DNA of 32,000 nt from Methylorubrum extorquens (GCA_900234795.1 LT962688.1:3720001-3752000), one strand, 5' to 3'. Positions 1 to 9,858 are shown, counted from the first letter of the stretch. Numbers and translations: made by a program. Notes: generated by a model from the letters alone, not told the origin.

Positions 1-260
1 TGGGGGATGTTCTCGAACTCGTAGGTGACCACGTCGCAGGCATCGGCGAAGGCGGCCAGCGCCGCCGCGTCGTCGTAGGGCGCCAGCGTGTGGGCATGGG
101 CCACGTCGAAGGCCGGGCTGTCGGCGTCGGGGGCGTAGATGTGCACCTTGAGGCCGTAATTGGCCGCCGCGAGCGCGATCATGCGGCCGAGCTGGCCGCC
201 GCCGACGATGCCGAGGGTGCCGCCGGGCCGGATCTGCAGCGAGGAGGTGGGAGAGGCCAT
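1..260 (-). CDS. purK: N5-carboxyaminoimidazole ribonucleotide synthase (PurK), N-terminal part; the gene runs off the left edge
   Basis: Reverse-strand translation from ATG at 260 gives MASPTSSLQIRPGGTLGIVGGGQLGRMIALAAANYGLKVHIYAPD..., which contains the ATP-grasp GGGQLGRM N-terminus typical of PurK. It lies 18 nt downstream of purE in the usual purE-purK order. It is absent from the ORF track because there is no stop codon in the window. Confidence 0.85.
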   Translation of the reverse strand, partial: MASPTSSLQIRPGGTLGIVGGGQLGRMIALAAANYGLKVHIYAPDADSPAFDVAHAHTLAPYDDAAALAAFADACDVVTYEFENIP

Positions 261-277
261 GGCGCTTCGTGTCGTTG

Positions 278-775
278 TCAGGCTTGAGAGGGGTCCGGCC
301 GTTCGGCGACGGAGGCGGTCTGGCGGTCGCGCCACGCATCGAGCCGCTCGGCGAGCCCGGCATCGGTGAGCGCCAGCACGGCGGCGGCGAGCAGGGCGGC
401 GTTGACGGCCCCGGCCCGGCCGATCGCCAGCGTGCCCACGGGAATGCCGGCGGGCATCTGGACGATGGAGAGCAGGCTGTCCTGGCCCGAGAGCGCCTTC
501 GACTCGACCGGAACGCCGAAGACCGGCAGCGACGTCATCGCCGCCGTCATGCCCGGCAGATGCGCGGCCCCGCCCGCCCCGGCGATCACCACCTTGAAGC
601 CGGCTTCCCGCGCGCCCTTGGCGAAGGAGACGAGGCGGTCCGGGGTGCGGTGGGCCGAGACGATGCGGGCATCGTAGGCCACGCCGAGCGCGTCCAGCGT
701 TTCGGCGGCGTTGCGCATGGTCGCCCAGTCCGACTGGCTTCCCATGATGATCGCGACCGGGGGCGATCCCAGCAT
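278..775 (-). CDS. purE: N5-carboxyaminoimidazole ribonucleotide mutase (PurE)
   Basis: ORF 278..874 contains [42 protein letters not shown]...[17 protein letters not shown]...VFGVPV, a class I PurE signature. The start is trimmed to ATG 775 (MLGSPP...), giving 165 aa. Confidence 0.9.
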   Translation of the reverse strand: MLGSPPVAIIMGSQSDWATMRNAAETLDALGVAYDARIVSAHRTPDRLVSFAKGAREAGFKVVIAGAGGAAHLPGMTAAMTSLPVFGVPVESKALSGQDSLLSIVQMPAGIPVGTLAIGRAGAVNAALLAAAVLALTDAGLAERLDAWRDRQTASVAERPDPSQA

Positions 776-1076
776 CGTCGTCTGGCCCACTACGAGGAAG
801 CGGGCCCGTCGGCCCGCGAAAAGGCCGAATAACAGGGGGGCCCGTACCCCGGCAAGGCGAGACCCTGCAAACACTTAAAATGCGGCTGCACCACGGGCCG
901 GCCATAAGGCGCAAGCCTCGCCCCTGGCGCAGCATCGAGGCCGGGCGGAGGCACCGGCGACGCCCTGTGAAAATCCCCCGATTCTCGCCGAACCGGGCGG
1001 AGCCGAAATCGACCGACCGCGTTGAGCTGGAAACGGCCATCGAGCGGCCGGGCCCCTTACCTCAGCGAGCTCTCAA

Positions 1077-1253
1077 ATGTCCTCCGCGGACCAGAACACG
1101 CGCGCCCGCACGGCAACCCATATCGACATTCACGACAGTACCACCCGCAAGCACTGGGCCGATCTGCTTCAGGTCTCCGACGAACGTCTGCGCAAGGCGG
1201 TCCGGCTCGTCGGAACCCGGGTGTCGAGCGTCTCGGCCTATCTCGCCAAGTAG
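1077..1253 (+). CDS. DUF3606-family small protein (58 aa)
   Basis: Hand translation gives MSSADQNTRARTATHIDIHDSTTRKHWADLLQVSDERLRKAVRLVGTRVSSVSAYLAK. The IDIHD...W...L.VS...L..AV..VG pattern matches the DUF3606 family as I remember it. It is below the 60-aa ORF-track cut-off. Confidence 0.65.
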   Translation: MSSADQNTRARTATHIDIHDSTTRKHWADLLQVSDERLRKAVRLVGTRVSSVSAYLAK

Positions 1254-1479
1254 TCTGACCAAGTCATTCGGTCGCCGATCGACAATCGCTTCGCCGGGGA
1301 GGCCGTACCTTCCCGGCGTTGCCGCGCGAGCATCGTGCCGAAAAGCGGCCAGCGGCTTTCGGACAATGCCGGTGTGCTCAAGCGCATGCCGACGAAGTGG
1401 TCCCCGGTTCGTTGAAAGAATGCGCGCCAAAACAGGGGGCTAGAGACGCCGCCCTGATGCCATCAGGGCGGATACGGCT

Positions 1480-1701
1480 CTAAGCGATGATATCCGGCGT
1501 GATCTGGTCTTCCAGATGGGTGATCCGGTCGCGCAGGACGAGCTTGCGCTTCTTGAGTCTCTGCAACTGAAGCTGATCGACGGCGACGCTGACCTTCAGC
1601 GCCTCGATCGCCTCGTCGAGATCCCGGTGCTCTTCGCGCAACCGCGTCAGCTCGCCGGCCGGATCCGCGACCGCGTCGTTGGCAATCTCGTCCGCCATCA
1701 T
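1480..1701 (-). CDS. DUF465 (YdcH-like) small coiled-coil protein, 73 aa
   Basis: The C-terminal part of ORF 1480..1914 reads MMADEIANDAVADPAGELTRLREEHRDLDEAIEALKVSVAVDQLQLQRLKKRKLVLRDRITHLEDQITPDIIA. The L.RLKK.KL.L+D.I motif is typical of DUF465. The start is trimmed to the ATG pair at 1696-1701. Confidence 0.75.
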   Translation of the reverse strand: MMADEIANDAVADPAGELTRLREEHRDLDEAIEALKVSVAVDQLQLQRLKKRKLVLRDRITHLEDQITPDIIA

Positions 1702-1952
1702 CGCTTGAAACACACCACCGGCCTTGACCGGGCGCGACCATGCGCCAAGCTCCCGGCCGGAGCAAGGCGGGACATCCGGTTCTCCCGTCTTGTCGGAGCT
1801 TGCAACGGCCAAGGTCAGTGCGCCGTCCCGCTCCAGAAGATTTGAAATTGCCCTGTTACCGATCCATCCACTTTGCCGCCGAATGGCTTCGACACGTGCT
1901 CCATCCTGTGCCAATCTACCCCCGTCGGAAACTGTGACAGGAGCGACACCTC

Positions 1953-2129
1953 ATGTCCTTGCAGACGCATTTGAGCCAGCTCGCCGCCAAGCACGAAGCC
2001 CTCGAGCGCGAGCTTCACTACGCGATGCAGTCCCTCGCCAGCGACGACCTGCGCATCGCCGAACTCAAGCGTAAGAAACTGCACCTCAAGGACGAAATCG
2101 AGCGCCTGCGCGGGGAAACCCTCCACTAG
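1953..2129 (+). CDS. DUF465 (YdcH-like) small protein, 58 aa
   Basis: Hand translation gives MSLQTHLSQLAAKHEALERELHYAMQSLASDDLRIAELKRKKLHLKDEIERLRGETLH. An AGGAG sequence lies 8 nt upstream of the ATG. It is divergent from the other DUF465 gene and below the ORF-track cut-off. Confidence 0.75.
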   Translation: MSLQTHLSQLAAKHEALERELHYAMQSLASDDLRIAELKRKKLHLKDEIERLRGETLH

Positions 2130-2345
2130 CGATACCCCGGCCGGCTTCGCCCCGGGAGGCGGCGCCGGCTCCGCTTCTTCTCTCGCCTCGGACAAAACCG
2201 TCACCGCCGCGTGGGACAACCAGCGCGGCGGTTCTGCTTTGAGGCCGCGCACTTCAAGACAGCGGAGTTGGGCGCGCAGCGGTCGAAACCGCGCTATCAT
2301 CGCCCTCGAACAGGCCGATCAACAGGCCGCGCGAGGGAAACGCCG

Positions 2346-4277
2346 ATGTCCGCCGCCACGCCCACCGCCCCCGAGGGCGCCTATGCTGCCGTCCACGCCG
2401 CCTCGCTCGCGGACCGGAACGGCTTCTGGCTGAAGGCCGCGGCGGCGATCGATTGGGACGCCGCCCCCACCCGCGCCTTCGATGCCGAGCAGGGCGTCTA
2501 TGGCCGCTGGTTTCCGGACGCCCGACTCAATGTCTGCCGCAACGCCGTCGATCGGCACGCGGAGGGCGGGCGCGCGGACCAAGCCGCGATCATCCATGAT
2601 TCGCCCGTCACCGGCACCAAGCGCCGCATCACCTACGGCGAATTGCGCGACGAGGTGGCGGTGCTCGCCGGCATCCTCACCGATCTCGGCGTGACCAAGG
2701 GCGACCGGGTGGTGATCTACATGCCGATGGTGCCCGAGGCCCTGTTCGGGATGCTGGCCTGCGCCCGAATCGGGGCGATCCACTCCGTGGTGTTCGGCGG
2801 GTTTGCCGCCAACGAACTCGCCGCCCGCATCGAGGATGCCGCGCCCAAGGTGGTTCTAGCCGCCTCCTGCGGCATCGAGCCGGCCCGCGTCGTCGCCTAC
2901 AAGCCGCTGCTCGATGCGGCGATTGCCCGCTCGACCCACAAGCCCGACGCCTGCCTGATCCTGCAGCGCCCGCAAGGCGAGGCCGGCCTCGTCGAGGGGC
3001 GCGACCGGGATTGGGCGGAGACCGTCGCGCGGGCGCGCCGGGCCGGACGGCGGGCCGAGCCGGTGCCGGTCGCGGCGACCGACCCACTCTACATCCTCTA
3101 CACCTCCGGCACGACCGGGCGGCCCAAGGGCGTGGTGCGCGACAGCGGCGGCTACTGCGTCGCGTTGGCGTGGTCGATGGCGAATCTCTACGGCGTCGCA
3201 CCCGGGGAGGTCTATTTCTGCGCCTCCGATATCGGCTGGGTGGTGGGCCACTCCTACATCGTCTACGCGCCGCTGCTGCACGGCTGCACCACGGTGCTCT
3301 ACGAGGGCAAGCCCGTCGGCACGCCGGATGCCGGCGCCTTCTGGCGGGTCGCCGCCGAGCACGGCGCCGCGACGGTGTTCACGGCGCCCACGGCCCTGCG
3401 TGCGATCAAGAAGGAAGACCCGCGGGCGGAGAAGATCGCGGGCTACGACCTCTCGCGGTTCCGTGCCCTGTTCCTGGCCGGCGAGCGGGCCGATCCGGAT
3501 TCGGTCGCCTGGGCCGAGCGGGCGCTGGAGCGGCCGGTGATCGACCATTGGTGGCAGACCGAGACCGGCTGGGCGATCGCCGGCAATCCGATCGGGCTGG
3601 AGCGGCTGCCGGTGAAGTATGGCTCCACCGCCAAGCCGATGCCGGGCTACGACCTCCACGTGCTCGACGAATCGGGCAAGCCGGTTCCCCCCGGCACGAT
3701 GGGCACCATCGCCCTCAAGCTGCCGCTGCCGCCGGGCTGCCTGCCGACCCTGTGGGGCTCGGACGAGCGTTTCCGCCAGAGCTATCTCGCCACCTTCCCC
3801 GGCTTCTACGACACCTCGGATGCGGGCGTGGTGGATGAGGACGGCTACGTCACGGTGCTGGGGCGGACCGACGACATCATCAACGTGGCCGGCCACCGCC
3901 TCTCCACCGGCGGCATGGAAGCCGTGCTCGCGTCGCACCCAGATGTCGCCGAATGCGCGGTGATCGGCATCCGCGACGCGCTGAAAGGAGAGGCACCCTG
4001 CGGCTTCGTGGTGCTGAAGGCGGGCGTCGCCAAGGATCCCGAGACCGTCGAGCGCGAGCTCGTCGCCCGGGTGCGCGAGGAGATCGGCCCCGTGGCCGCC
4101 TTCAAGCTGGCGCTCACCGTGGGACGCCTGCCGAAGACGCGCTCGGGCAAGATCCTGCGCGGCACGATGAAGCGCATCGCCGACGGCGAGGATTACGCGA
4201 TGCCCCCGACCATCGAGGACCCGGCCACGCTGGAGGAGATCGGCGACAGCCTGAAGGCCCGCGGCATCGGCGGCTGA
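2346..4277 (+). CDS. prpE: Propionate--CoA ligase / acetyl-CoA-synthetase-family AMP-forming acyl-CoA synthetase (643 aa)
   Basis: ORF 2211..4277 is trimmed to MSAATPTAPEG... It carries RWFPDARLNVCRNAVDRH, the AMP-binding motif YILYTSGTTGRPKGV, WWQTETG and a C-terminal PKTRSGKILR. Length and N-terminal motifs fit PrpE better than Acs, but substrate assignment is an inference. Confidence 0.8.
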   Translation: MSAATPTAPEGAYAAVHAASLADRNGFWLKAAAAIDWDAAPTRAFDAEQGVYGRWFPDARLNVCRNAVDRHAEGGRADQAAIIHDSPVTGTKRRITYGELRDEVAVLAGILTDLGVTKGDRVVIYMPMVPEALFGMLACARIGAIHSVVFGGFAANELAARIEDAAPKVVLAASCGIEPARVVAYKPLLDAAIARSTHKPDACLILQRPQGEAGLVEGRDRDWAETVARARRAGRRAEPVPVAATDPLYILYTSGTTGRPKGVVRDSGGYCVALAWSMANLYGVAPGEVYFCASDIGWVVGHSYIVYAPLLHGCTTVLYEGKPVGTPDAGAFWRVAAEHGAATVFTAPTALRAIKKEDPRAEKIAGYDLSRFRALFLAGERADPDSVAWAERALERPVIDHWWQTETGWAIAGNPIGLERLPVKYGSTAKPMPGYDLHVLDESGKPVPPGTMGTIALKLPLPPGCLPTLWGSDERFRQSYLATFPGFYDTSDAGVVDEDGYVTVLGRTDDIINVAGHRLSTGGMEAVLASHPDVAECAVIGIRDALKGEAPCGFVVLKAGVAKDPETVERELVARVREEIGPVAAFKLALTVGRLPKTRSGKILRGTMKRIADGEDYAMPPTIEDPATLEEIGDSLKARGIGG

Positions 4278-4288
4278 AACCAAGGTTT

Positions 4289-4329
4289 CGAAAGGACGGG
4301 TCCTTTCGCGGGTCCAGGGCAGAGCCCTG
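4289..4329. terminator. Two GC-rich hairpins between convergent genes (possible bidirectional terminator or REP-like element)
   Basis: CGAAAGGAC-GGG-TCCTTTCG lies at 4289-4308 and CCAGGGC-AGA-GCCCTGG at 4313-4329. Neither has a clear T-run. Confidence 0.3.
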
Positions 4330-4368
4330 GTGAAGGGATGATCCCTGTGCGATCCCGAAACGCGGGCC

Positions 4369-5028
4369 TCAGAGCCTGAACCGGGTGGCTGCGATCAGCA
4401 GGCGGTAGAGCACCACCGCATTGAGGACGTGCCAGAGGAAATGCGTGCCGAGCGGCAGGCGGGCACAACTCGCCACATCGACCGTGCGGAAGGTCAGCGA
4501 CACGAGGAAGATCCCGGCGGTCGCGAGCACCGAACGGGCCGTGCCGGGCGCCCGCCTCAGGAGGGCGAGGCCGACGCCGAGAAGTGCCAGGATCGCCGGG
4601 GCGTAATCGACCGAGCCGTTGGTGAGGCCGGAGACCGAACGTCCGGTCAACGCGTCGAGGGCCGGCGTCAGGCCGAAGCTGAGGGCGGCGAAGGCCAGCG
4701 TGAGGGCGGTTGCCGCCGCTGGGCGGAGGCCGAAAAAGCGGGCCATGGCGAGGGCGAAGTAGCCGTAGATGAAGACGGCGATCGGGATCACGTCGGCCAG
4801 CATCGACCAGCGGTTCGCCAGGGTGTGGAACAGGAACGAGCCGATCCCGACCACGAAGGTCACGCCGGCCAGAGCCAGGACCGGCCCGTCGCCGCGGGCG
4901 CGGCGCGCCGCGAGCCCGGCCGCGATCAGGAAGGCCGCGTTCGTCAGGGCATTGATCGGCTCGGCCCAGAAGCCGGCGTCGCCGCGCTCGCAATAGGCCC
5001 GCACCGGCTCGAACCACGACGCGTCCAT
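4369..5028 (-). CDS. Ceramidase-family (PF05875-like) polytopic membrane protein
   Basis: The 219-aa product starts MDASWFEPVRAYCERGDAGFWAEPINALTNAAF. It has about seven hydrophobic helices and conserved His motifs (SFLFHT, THFLWHVLNA), as in bacterial alkaline-ceramidase-like proteins. Confidence 0.6.
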   Translation of the reverse strand: MDASWFEPVRAYCERGDAGFWAEPINALTNAAFLIAAGLAARRARGDGPVLALAGVTFVVGIGSFLFHTLANRWSMLADVIPIAVFIYGYFALAMARFFGLRPAAATALTLAFAALSFGLTPALDALTGRSVSGLTNGSVDYAPAILALLGVGLALLRRAPGTARSVLATAGIFLVSLTFRTVDVASCARLPLGTHFLWHVLNAVVLYRLLIAATRFRL

Positions 5029-5187
5029 GGGGGCATTCCTCAGCCTCAAACGCCTGCGGCCGCATCCGCGGCCTCAGGCTTCCGCTCCACGGGGCGCTCT
5101 TCGCACCCGACAGGCGGCCCCCGCCTTGCCAGGGCCGCGCGAAGGCCCGATGACGAGAGCCCCTCCGGCCGAGCCTCCCCACGCCCC

Positions 5188-5982
5188 ATGCGGATCACCA
5201 CCTGGAACGTCAATTCGATCAAGCAGCGGGTCGGCCACCTGCTGGGCTTCCTCGACGAGGCCAAGCCCGACGTGGTCTGCCTGCAGGAGCTGAAATGCCA
5301 GGACGCGTCCTTCCCCCGCGAGGAGATCGAGGCGGCGGGCTACGCGGTCGAGACGCTGGGGCAGAAGGCCTATAACGGCGTCGCCCTGCTGGTGCGCGCA
5401 CCGCTCCAGTACACGCAACTGCTGCGCGGCCTACCGGGCGACGCCGAGGACGAGCAGGCGCGCTACATCGAGGCGCTGGTGCATGGCGAGGGCGTGGCGC
5501 CGGTGCGGGTCGCCTCGATCTACCTGCCGAACGGCAATCCGGCCCCGGGCCCGAAATACAGCTACAAGCTCGCCTTCATGGCCCGCCTGCGGTCCCATGC
5601 CCGCGCGCTGATGACGACCGAGGAAGCGCTGGTGCTGGCGGGCGACTTCAACGTCATCCCCGAGCCCGAGGACGCCGCCGACCCCACCGTCTGGACACAG
5701 GACGCGCTGTTCCTGCCCGAGACCCGCCGCGCCTTCCGCGCTTTGCTGGCGGAAGGCTTTACGGATGGTCTGCGGGCCTGCGAGCCGAGCGCGGGGCTCT
5801 ACACCTTCTGGGACTATCAGGCCGGCTGCTGGCCGCGGAACCAAGGCATCCGCATCGACCACCTGCTGCTCTCGCCCCAGGCCGCCGACCGCCTCGTCTC
5901 GGCCTCGGTGCAGCGCCACCTGCGCGGGCTGGAGAAGCCCTCGGACCACGTGCCGGTGACGGTGGAGCTGAGCGACGGGTAA
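5188..5982 (+). CDS. xthA: Exodeoxyribonuclease III (AP endonuclease, 264 aa)
   Basis: The C-terminal part of ORF 4429..5982 reads MRITTWNVNSIKQRVGHLLGFLDEAKPDVVCLQELKCQD...IDHLLLSPQ...PSDHVPV, which are canonical ExoIII motifs. The upstream 250 aa of the ORF are a GC-driven extension antisense to the ceramidase gene. Confidence 0.9.
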   Translation: MRITTWNVNSIKQRVGHLLGFLDEAKPDVVCLQELKCQDASFPREEIEAAGYAVETLGQKAYNGVALLVRAPLQYTQLLRGLPGDAEDEQARYIEALVHGEGVAPVRVASIYLPNGNPAPGPKYSYKLAFMARLRSHARALMTTEEALVLAGDFNVIPEPEDAADPTVWTQDALFLPETRRAFRALLAEGFTDGLRACEPSAGLYTFWDYQAGCWPRNQGIRIDHLLLSPQAADRLVSASVQRHLRGLEKPSDHVPVTVELSDG

Positions 5983-6013
5983 ACGCTCTGAGCCCTCCCG
6001 CAGGAGAGGAGGG

Positions 6014-6901
6014 TTATCGCCGCCGGCGGGTCGAGCCCGTCGACAGCGACTGCGCCTGGGCCATCGCATCCGCCCGGTCGGCCTCGTTGGCCGAGGCCCA
6101 GGCCTTGTCGTAGAGATTGACGATCCAGGTGTCCGCCGCGCCCTGCGCCCCGCCGCGGGCGATGGCGAGCCAGGTCAGCCCCTTCACCGGCTGGCGCTGA
6201 ACGCCGGTGCCGTTGACGAGCATGTCGCCGAGCAGCGCCTGGGCCGGGCGGTGGCCCTTCTCGGCCGCGAGGTTGAACCAGCGCGCGGCCTTGCGCGGAT
6301 CCTGCTCGACGCCGGTGCCGTCGAGATAGAGCCGGGCGAGGTTGTACTGCGCGTTGGGGTCGCCGAAATACGACGCCGCGTAGTTGAACATGTCGTAGGC
6401 GCGCTCGGGGCTCGGGCGCACGTAAGTGCCCTTGATCCCTTCGAGGAAGTAGGTGCCGAGCGCGTTGAAGGCGCTCGCCACCACACCTGAATTCGGGGTG
6501 TCGGGCGAATCGTCGGTGTTGTCGTCGGCGATGCGCGAAAAGTACTCGAACGCCTTCAGATCGTCGTGGGGCACGCCGTCGCCGTCCGCGTACATGCGGC
6601 CGAGCTTCCAAAGCGCCAGGGTCTGGCCCTGGTCGGCGGCGTATTCCAGCGCCCGCACGGCGCCCTGCTTGTCGCCCGCGTTGTAGTCGCGCACGCCCGA
6701 GCGCAGGGCGTCGCGGCCCGAACGGTATCCCTTCTCGGGGACCGGCGTGCGCGCGGTCGCGTCGAGCGCCGTGCCGGGATCGACAGCCGTGAGCATCAGC
6801 GCAAAGCCGAGGAAGCCGGCGAGAAGCCCCGCCCGGAACCGACTCGGATCGGCCCCGGCCGGCCACATGGGCCGGAAAGGGGCAGTCCTAGATGTCGGCA
6901 T
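6014..6901 (-). CDS. Sel1-repeat (TPR-like) secreted protein
   Basis: There are repeated A.....A..G...A...LG.MY..G.GV..D...A..W units and an N-terminal hydrophobic signal-like segment. ATG 6901 has a GGGGGAGA sequence 9 nt upstream and overlaps the ilvD stop by 14 nt. An alternative start is at 6868. Confidence 0.8.
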   Translation of the reverse strand: MPTSRTAPFRPMWPAGADPSRFRAGLLAGFLGFALMLTAVDPGTALDATARTPVPEKGYRSGRDALRSGVRDYNAGDKQGAVRALEYAADQGQTLALWKLGRMYADGDGVPHDDLKAFEYFSRIADDNTDDSPDTPNSGVVASAFNALGTYFLEGIKGTYVRPSPERAYDMFNYAASYFGDPNAQYNLARLYLDGTGVEQDPRKAARWFNLAAEKGHRPAQALLGDMLVNGTGVQRQPVKGLTWLAIARGGAQGAADTWIVNLYDKAWASANEADRADAMAQAQSLSTGSTRRRR

Positions 6902-8618
6902 AGACGTTCGTCTCCCCCGCGCCGCCCGGATGCGTCACGGCCCCGTTCACTGCAGGCCCGACGGACTGCGCGTATTTCCAGAGGTAGCCGGAGGTCGCGG
7001 CATTGCCCCGCGGCGCCCATTCGCTGCGACGTTGGGCCAGTTCCTCGTCGGAGAGCGCCACGTCGAGCGTGCCCTTGATCGCGTCGAGGGTGATGATGTC
7101 GCCGTCGCGCAGCAGGCCGATCGGCCCGCCGATGGCAGCCTCGGGGCCGACATGGCCGACGCAGAAGCCGCGGGTCGCGCCGGAGAAGCGCCCGTCGGTG
7201 ATGAGGGCCACCTTGTCGCCCATGCCCTGGCCGTAGAGGGCGGCGGTGGTCGAGAGCATCTCGCGCATGCCGGGGCCTCCCTTCGGGCCCTCGTAACGGA
7301 TGACCAGAACGTCGCCGGGCTTGTAGGTGCGGTTCTGCACCGCCTCGAAACAGGCTTCCTCGCCGTCGAAGACGCGGGCCGGGCCGGTGAAGACCTGGGC
7401 CTCGGGCGGCATGCCGGCGACCTTCACGATCGCGCCCTCGGGGGCGAGATTGCCGCGAAGGCCCACCACGCCGCCGGTGACGGTGATGGGCTTGTCGGCC
7501 GGGCGCACGACGTCCTGATCCGGGTTCCAGGCGACCTTGGCGAGGTTCTCGGCGATGGTGCGGCCGGTGACGGTGAGGCAGTCGCCGTGCAGGTAGCCGT
7601 GGTCGAGCAGCGTCTTCATCAGCAGCGGGATGCCGCCGACCTCGAACATGTCCTTGGCCACGTAGCGCCCACCGGGCTTCAGGTCGGCGATGTAGGGGGT
7701 CTTGCGGAAGATTTCGGCGACGTCGAACAGGGTGAACTCGATGCCGCATTCATGCGCGATCGCCGGTAGATGCAGGGCCGCGTTGGTCGAGCCGCCCGAG
7801 GCCGCGACCGTCGCGGCGGCGTTCTCCAGCGCCTTGCGGGTGACGATGTCGCGCGGGCGGATGTTCTTGGCGATCAGCTCCATCACCTTCTCGCCGGCGG
7901 CGGCGCAGAATTGGTCGCGGATCTCGTAAGGAGCAGGCGCGCCGGCCGAGTAGGGCAGCGCGAGGCCGATCGCCTCGGAGACGGTGGCCATGGTGTTGGC
8001 GGTGAACTGCGCGCCGCAGGCGCCGGCTGAGGGGCAGGCGACCCGCTCCAGCTCGTCGAGGTCATCGAGGCTCATGTCGCCGACGGCGACCTTGCCCACC
8101 GCCTCGAACAGATCCTGCACCGTGACCGGCCGGCCGCGGAAGGAGCCCGGCAGGATCGAGCCGCCATAAATGAAGATCGACGGCACGTTGAGGCGCACCA
8201 TGGCCATCATCATGCCGGGCAGGGACTTGTCGCAGCCGGCCAGCCCCACGAGGGCGTCGTAGGAATGGCCGCGGATCGTCAGCTCGACCGAATCGGCGAT
8301 GACCTCGCGGGAAGGCAGCGAGGCGCGCATACCGCCATGGCCCATGGCGATGCCGTCGGTGACGGTGATGGTGCAGAACTCGCGCGGAGTGCCCTTGGCG
8401 GCGGCGACACCCTTCTTCACGGCCTGGGCCTGGCGCATCAGCGAGATGTTGCAGGGCGCGGCCTCGTTCCAGCACGAGGCGACGCCGACCAGCGGCTGGT
8501 GGATCTGCTCGGTCGTCAGGCCCATGGCGTAGAGGTACGAGCGGTGGGGCGCCCGCTCGGGCCCCTCCGTCACGTGCCGGCTCGGCAGCTTCGACTTGTC
8601 GGTCTGACGCGCGTCCAT
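6888..8618 (-). CDS. ilvD: Dihydroxy-acid dehydratase (575 aa)
   Basis: MDARQTDKSKLPSRHVTEGPERAPHRSYLYAMGL...CDKSLPGMMMA...GGSTNA...ALITDGRFSGATRGFCVGHVGPEA is full-length IlvD/Edd family sequence. Confidence 0.95.
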   Translation of the reverse strand: MDARQTDKSKLPSRHVTEGPERAPHRSYLYAMGLTTEQIHQPLVGVASCWNEAAPCNISLMRQAQAVKKGVAAAKGTPREFCTITVTDGIAMGHGGMRASLPSREVIADSVELTIRGHSYDALVGLAGCDKSLPGMMMAMVRLNVPSIFIYGGSILPGSFRGRPVTVQDLFEAVGKVAVGDMSLDDLDELERVACPSAGACGAQFTANTMATVSEAIGLALPYSAGAPAPYEIRDQFCAAAGEKVMELIAKNIRPRDIVTRKALENAAATVAASGGSTNAALHLPAIAHECGIEFTLFDVAEIFRKTPYIADLKPGGRYVAKDMFEVGGIPLLMKTLLDHGYLHGDCLTVTGRTIAENLAKVAWNPDQDVVRPADKPITVTGGVVGLRGNLAPEGAIVKVAGMPPEAQVFTGPARVFDGEEACFEAVQNRTYKPGDVLVIRYEGPKGGPGMREMLSTTAALYGQGMGDKVALITDGRFSGATRGFCVGHVGPEAAIGGPIGLLRDGDIITLDAIKGTLDVALSDEELAQRRSEWAPRGNAATSGYLWKYAQSVGPAVNGAVTHPGGAGETNVYADI

Positions 8619-9063
8619 CGCTGATCTCGTGCCCCGGTCCCGTTACGCCCCCGAGATCCGCGCGGCCCGTTACGGTCCAGTGCGGAAAAACGTCCTTCGA
8701 CGTCCTCGAAACTCTGCGGTAAGGCGTTGGAGCGACAGCGTTTACCGCGACCCCGGAAGTCGTCCCGGTTTATGGTGGGATTGCGGCGCTCAAAGGCACA
8801 GCTCAAGGCAAAGTCAGGTTGCTTTCGCGGTGTGTCGAGCCCGCAACAGCCGAGCTTGCGCCGGCCTTGGGAAGACTTCGCAAAATCAACGCGCACACAC
8901 CCTCGCGCGGTCCCGCACGAGGGCTGTTTTCAGCTCAAATTCCCGCGGCCTCGGCGCGTGCAATTCAAGCTTCGTCAGCAACCTCGACAGTGCCGACACG
9001 CGTCTTTTTTTGGAAAGCCGGCGACCCGTCCGTGGGGCGCCCCCAAAGCTTCGGCGAATTCAC

Positions 9064-9858
9064 TCAGAATCCGCCGATGGCAGGATCAGGCGCGGTGGCC
9101 TCAAGCAACCGATCGCTCTCGTCCTTGAGGTTCACGCCGGTGAGCCCGCGGGAGAAGGCCTGGGTCAGGAGCCAATTCAGCTTGAACGCGGCAAGCTCGA
9201 AGCTCAGGCCGGCGGGCCGGACGTTCGAGATGCAGTTTCGTTCCGCATCGGAGCGTCCGGGCTTCGGATCGAAGGTGACGTAGAGGCCGAGGCTGTCGGG
9301 CGAGGACAGGCCGGGACGCTCGCCGATCACCACGACCACCGCGCGAGCCCGCAGCGCTGCGCCGGCCGCGTCCCCCAGCGCGACCCGGGCCTGCGTGGCG
9401 ATGGTCACCGGAGCCAGGCGCCAGCCGGCCGCCTCCGCGTGGGGCTTGAAGGCGGCGAGCAGCGCGGCGGCCCCCTCGTGGACCGCGCGCGCCGAGAGAC
9501 CGTCCGCCACCACGATCGCGAGATCGACGGGCCCGGCCGCGGAATCGGCGGCGGAATCGGAAAGAGCCTTGAGGCTCTCCGGCGAGAGGCGGCGCCCGTA
9601 ATCGGGGCGGCGCAGATAGGTCGCGCGATCCTCCGCACCGGAGGTCACGGTCACGGTCGGCAGGCCCAGCGCCTCGATGGCGCGCGCGATCGCGGCGGCG
9701 TCCATCGGCGTATGCACGGCATCGCGCGCCTGGGCGTGGGCGAGGCCGAATTTCAGCACCTCGCGGGTCGGCAGGCCGGCGCCGGCGCGGCCGAGACCGA
9801 TCCGAGCGGGGGTGAGACGGGCCAGCCGCTGCCAGAGGGTGTCGGTCTGGGTGCTCAT
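9064..9858 (-). CDS. eutC: Ethanolamine ammonia-lyase small subunit
   Basis: MSTQTDTLWQRLARLTPARIGLGRAGAGLPTREVLKFGLAHAQARDAVH... The ATG overlaps the eutB stop (ATGA at 9855-9858). The start is trimmed from ORF 9064..9954. Confidence 0.9.
   Translation of the reverse strand: MSTQTDTLWQRLARLTPARIGLGRAGAGLPTREVLKFGLAHAQARDAVHTPMDAAAIARAIEALGLPTVTVTSGAEDRATYLRRPDYGRRLSPESLKALSDSAADSAAGPVDLAIVVADGLSARAVHEGAAALLAAFKPHAEAAGWRLAPVTIATQARVALGDAAGAALRARAVVVVIGERPGLSSPDSLGLYVTFDPKPGRSDAERNCISNVRPAGLSFELAAFKLNWLLTQAFSRGLTGVNLKDESDRLLEATAPDPAIGGF

Noticed and set aside
1062-1430. 122-aa minus-strand ORF overlapping the DUF3606 gene
   Set aside because: It shows no family resemblance and has low-complexity composition. 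The plus-strand 58-aa reading has a clear family pattern.
2856-4283. 475-aa ORF antisense to the acyl-CoA synthetase gene, and similar long ORFs (4193..5182, 4429..5187, 5817..6866, 6747..7769, 10011..11342, 25960..27651)
   Set aside because: These are Arg/Gly/Pro/Ala-rich shadow ORFs typical of high-GC DNA. Each overlaps a gene with clear family motifs on the other strand or in another frame.
8900-8930. Orphan plus-strand hairpin (CCCTCGCGCGG..CCGCACGAGGG followed by CTGTTTTC) in the 445-bp ilvD-eutC spacer, as an sRNA terminator
   Set aside because: The stem has a mismatch, the T-run is only four residues, and I see no upstream promoter. This is too weak to call.
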